Assembly: GCF_025526975.1 (NCBI RefSeq)
Contig: NW_026515676.1
Location: forward strand, 248,001 to 312,000
Source of the DNA: Fimicolochytrium jonesii
Lineage: Eukaryota
Reading direction: 5' to 3'
Length of the DNA stretch: 64,000 bases
The translations under genes and the position numbers were made by a program. This document shows, one piece after another, positions 59,717 to 64,000 of the stretch (position 1 is its first letter; each line of letters opens with the position of its first letter). Under the pieces are notes generated by a model, which saw only the letters and a program-made list of their open reading frames with translations, did no database searches and was not told the origin of the DNA.

Positions 59717-62132
59717 TTACTCCTCCTCCTGCTCCTCACTGTCCTTTCCGTCTTTCAGCTTCTTTTTCGATGGTTTTCGTACCAACTTCATTGGAGAGAC
59801 CGCTTCGGGATATACCGTCCGCAGCGCCGCGAGCAGCTTCACATTGTTAGGGGTGAGCGGTACCGCAGCGCGGGTTTCGAATGCGTGGCGGTGTCGATGC
59901 TTTTCAATCTTGGTCCAGTGGGTTTCCAGCATTTTCTATTTGGTTTTGGTATCGGTGATGGTTTCATCAGCATATATGCCGGTATGGCGACGCCGATGAG
60001 AATGTTTCCTTCATACCTTCAACTCGTCAACCGCCATGAGGCACCGTGGAAGATTCGCGATGTTCTCGAGAGAATTTGCAATGGGAATCATGCCGATTTG
60101 GACGAACAGGTAGACAGGATAGCGAATCTCGATCCGGTAGAGATAGAACGTCAAGCCGTCTGCAAAACACGTCAGGACCGAAAAATGGCGGGCAGCTGAA
60201 GGTGAGACGAGGCGGAACTAAGGGTCATCAGAACATTGAGTCCGGGGGAACGCACCCGGTGCTATGCAAGTCATCAGACTAGGAATGTCATCGCCCCAAT
60301 CGTACTTTGCTACATCTTTTTTCAGATGTTCCAAAGCACGGAGTAGGCCGTCGGCGAGTTCGAGGCGGCGGAGGTGATTCGAGGCATAAGGTGATTTCAG
60401 CTCGCCAAGCCAGAGAGGTCGACCTTGCGCAGACAGAGTGATATCTGGTCGAGCTCGCCCGTTCATCGTGCTGTCACTGCAAGGGGCGGCAGAACCACAT
60501 CTTCTAGTCGGTTTCAAACCATACTTCACCGTAACAGAAAATGATGCAAGCCCTACTATTGGATCCGCCAAATTTTTTTTGCGAGGCGATTGAAGTGCGG
60601 GCTGCAGAATTTGGCAGTAAAGCTTGCCTCGCTTTCTGGACCAGGCGCATCTACCGATAGATGGGGGTATCTGCCTCGACCATCTGAGAATACGACCTGA
60701 GGGACGGAGATTCAAGCAAAGCCGGCACTCACAACGTCTCCAAACACTGTCGATAGTCCCGTGCGATATCCCGAAATTCGGGGCTTTCGTCCTCATCGCC
60801 GGCGAGAATGGAGGTCTCTAGCAGGCTGCTCGCCGACGCCAGAGCTGAGGATGCGGGACGAGCAGTCGCCGCCCAAAGAGTGTCCCCTTGGGTTACAGCT
60901 TCGTAAAGATGCGCCCAGTCGTTGTGGGTGATATAACGACTGTACGGCCCAGGGCGAACCTTCTGCAATACGAGTCCTTTGCGGAGAGAGCTAAGAGACA
61001 TGTCAGCAATCTTACCTGGATCGGATACTGTCCCATTAGTGCTGTTGCGAATTTGTTAGATCTTACATGGCTCTTAGTACTTTGTACTGTGAGAACACCT
61101 GTGCCTCAAGGGGAACTTGTTCATCAAGAAGTATATCGCGGACAACACTCCTGATGATATGTGATACGTTCAAACTACGTTCTCCAATCCTCAGCTGCGT
61201 AGGTGCCAAAGGTCAATCATTGCCGGAATTCGAAATATCCGGTCCTCGACCACGGTCATGTTCTCCTCGTTAACTTACGTCGTCGGCGCATTCCACGTCT
61301 CCCCCATTCAACATCTCTCGTAAGCCAGGTATATCTGCGTCATTGCTTTCTTCCTGCTCTACGTACGGCGGAAGTGGTGCAGCATTTGGTGTTTCATGGG
61401 TAGATTCTCCTCGCGGCCTTTTCTGGTTTTCTCTCCCATGTTGTGCCCCCAATCTTTCGATCCGCCGCTTCAGATCATTGGCATGTACAGTCCGTGCTGC
61501 TGGTGTGATTTCTTCATATTGGTCTAGCACTTCCGGCATCTGTGCGATCTTTACGGAAACTTCGAACGCCTTCCTGTCCTTGGCGAATTGCGCCGCATCG
61601 CCATCCTGTATAAGAGGCGGGAAGGAACAAAAAAGAGACGAAGGAGGGTTTCACTTTCACCGATTCGATCTGATTTAGGATTCCGCAGAAATGGCTTCGA
61701 AGAGAGCGCGCAGGACGAAGCTCATCACCTTCGAGCAGGACGAAGCTCTCGAAGGCTGCACTCTCTTTTCAGCCTACTCTGCCTGTTCCGGCATTGAGTG
61801 AGGAGCGCAGGACGAAGCTCATCACCTTCGAGCAGGACGAAGCTCTCGAAGGCTGCTCCTCACCCATTGCCCAACGGAACAGTCGAATCCTCAGACCAGA
61901 AGAGTGGACGTACCTTAATGCGCGTTGTGGTCGGTGCCATAGTTTTGATCCATCTGTCGAGCACGCTTATCCAGTGGTTGAAGGACTTCTCGTATAGATC
62001 AGAAAGGGGAATAGAATCCTGTAAATGCTGAAAGAAAGAGGACGTGGTGAAGGAGCCATTGTTGACCGATCGTAAGAACGTGTTCACTATGTCCTGGTCC
62101 GTCATGGCGCTATACCAAGGAGCAGAGGGCAC
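59717..62132 (-). CDS. Multi-exon protein with C-terminal PD-(D/E)xK restriction-endonuclease-like domain (5' end upstream, uncertain)
   Basis: RARPDITLSAQGRPLWLGELKSP at about 60390-60457. A chain of minus-strand ORFs is bounded by GT/AG sites and ends in a basic then acidic tail (RKPSKKKLKDGKDSEEQEEE*). Confidence 0.6.
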
Positions 62133-64000
62133 CTATGGGTGTCTATATGTATGTACGTGCGTGCTGGAGCTGGCCCGACGATGCTAGGGATTGCACCAGG
62201 GTCAACGGGGTCAACGCCTCAGTCCAGATTGAAGGGTGCGACTGGGGTGCGAGGACTGAGGAGCGGAGAGGGCCTATTCGGACATTTCGGACGCGCCTAC
62301 CATCGTCCAGCTTGGAAGACCTACCTTTAAATGTATGTACGTGTAGTATGGCAGTGCATTTCCTAGATTATCCTCAACTGCGACTTGGATCTCTATGTCT
62401 GCTTCCCCGGACAGCGCATAGGTCCCTATCCAGAGCAGTGTCTGTACATGGACCTGAGAAAATCAAAGCTTGATACCCAACCCCTGCCATCATGTGTGGG
62501 TCTGATGTGGTTTGCGCGGCTTCGAGCTTTCAGTACCTATCAACTATGTGCATGTCCCCAAGAACAGGGTTGAGTGCGGGGAATCGTTATTGATCGTGAG
62601 ACCTGCCGGGCCAGGCTAGCTAGAGACACCAGACTTCATTAGCTTACATTTGTCGCAGTTCGCACTGGCGTGGCTCCGAGGACTTTGGATGGCTGTTTTT
62701 GGCGGTCATGTCCGAAAGCCCCGGTGACCTTACCCTAAGGTCATCCCTGCTCCTCAGGAGTCTGAAACTTCCTTTCCTGGAGGCTGGGCCAACTTCGTCG
62801 AGTACGTGCTGTGAAGAAGTGGCAGTGTTCTGAGGGGCGACTGCAGCACGGTCAAACGACCGAGAGCGGAAGTTTGGCGAGGCCGAGCGAAGCGAGGCTG
62901 AGCCAAATGCCTAGACGCTGTCGAGGCCGCAGGGTGCAGCGGTCCGATGCTGTTTGGACGCTTGGGCAGTGGCATTGAGCATCTCCCGCGGCTGTGTTGA
63001 AAAAAGGAAGCGACATCGGCGTCACGAGAAAGACCAAAGCCTTTTCTTTGAGGGAAAGGATCCACTGAACCTCAAGGCGCTGATGCGTCCTGGCCAGCAG
63101 ACTCACGGCGGTATCCTGAGCACTCCGCGCCGATTTGCGGGACGACGAACCCCATACCACTCCCCGCCGCCTTGCATACACTGAGTACGTACCCTAATGC
63201 ACGGCGTTGAAGTTACCCTCATCAATGTCGCGGGAAAAACTCCATGAATCGATTTGTTCAGTAGGCCTATGTCTCTTCATTCACTCAGACTCTTGGTGTA
63301 GAGGTTGGAAAAATGATAATATATTCAAAAGGACATGTATAATACAAAATGTTTATCAAGGGTCATAGAAGCTCCTCCCCACGGTCCCCGCATCGTCCCC
63401 CTCCCCCAGTGCTCCCATCCGATCAAAATGTCCATATCAACGCATATAGCGTCTGTCGCTATGTAATAAGAGTCGGAAGACAGAGCAGGGGAGTTGCTGT
63501 GGATGATGGTGATACGGGTGGCGCCGATGCTGTTGCCTCTTCGACTCCTTCATGAAGGCCTCAAACAAGAGGAACCGTTCGATATCTTCTTTGAGGCTGA
63601 TGGCAAGCCACGGATGGTGGCTGTGGGCTTCTCTATAATTTCGTCGTATGGTAGGAATCTGGCTCCTAGGCGCGGTTTTCTGTTCACATCTTTAGTTTGT
63701 GGAGTAGGTTGGGTTACCGGTGCCGCTTGTCGCGCTGGGGATGCCGCTCGTCGAGCCGGAAGATCATAACTGCTCTCCCCATCGGAATCGCCCCGTAGTT
63801 CCCCCAATCGCCCGTTGTAGGTTGGGGAGCCCGACTGTCCCGGTTGGGCTTGCAAGTACAGCAGGACAACGAGGGGGGTCGGAGTGTGATGCGAATGCTG
63901 CTTACGAGAGGCCGCGCTCCCTTTTCTCCCGTCGCCCCTTCCGGAAAGCCCTCCCCTTCTCGCTACCGCCCCCAAACACAAGCAAACACTCAACATGTCG

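Noticed and set aside
62700..64000. Genes or retroelement ORFs at the right edge
   Set aside because: No identifiable domain within the window, so any call would be unsupported.

Overview
Gene-dense, GC-rich eukaryotic DNA with short GT-AG introns and CTRAC-type branch points. It is most consistent with a zoosporic fungus (chytrid-like): it carries a flagellar SPEF1 gene, a fungal-type Fanzor1 and TTAGGG repeats. Recognisable genes are LETM1-like, YccF-like, CCT1, ELF1, RBX1, a CE8 pectinesterase, SPEF1, a Diaphanous-type formin, an SLC25 carrier, DUF1295, IPP1, ARP5, SEN2, SEC62, MOCS2A, SYF2, ERV2 and a SAP/THO1 gene. There are also two orphan 7TM-like genes and a PD-(D/E)xK nuclease-fold gene. 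The standout locus (11230-12744, minus) is an intron-containing Fanzor1 C-terminal half that lacks REC/WED and RuvC-I. It is joined to a GATA-like zinc finger through fifteen 21-bp proline-coding repeats; one 19-bp unit is the only frame break, and a structured omegaRNA-like region lies downstream. Accessory DNA includes a Tc1/mariner-type MITE, a TIR element carrying telomere repeats, a foldback element and a 5'-deleted Copia. There are also frameshifted OTU2- and NCA2-like genes and a duplicated telobox/E2F-like motif. Exon boundaries were inferred by eye and no searches were run.
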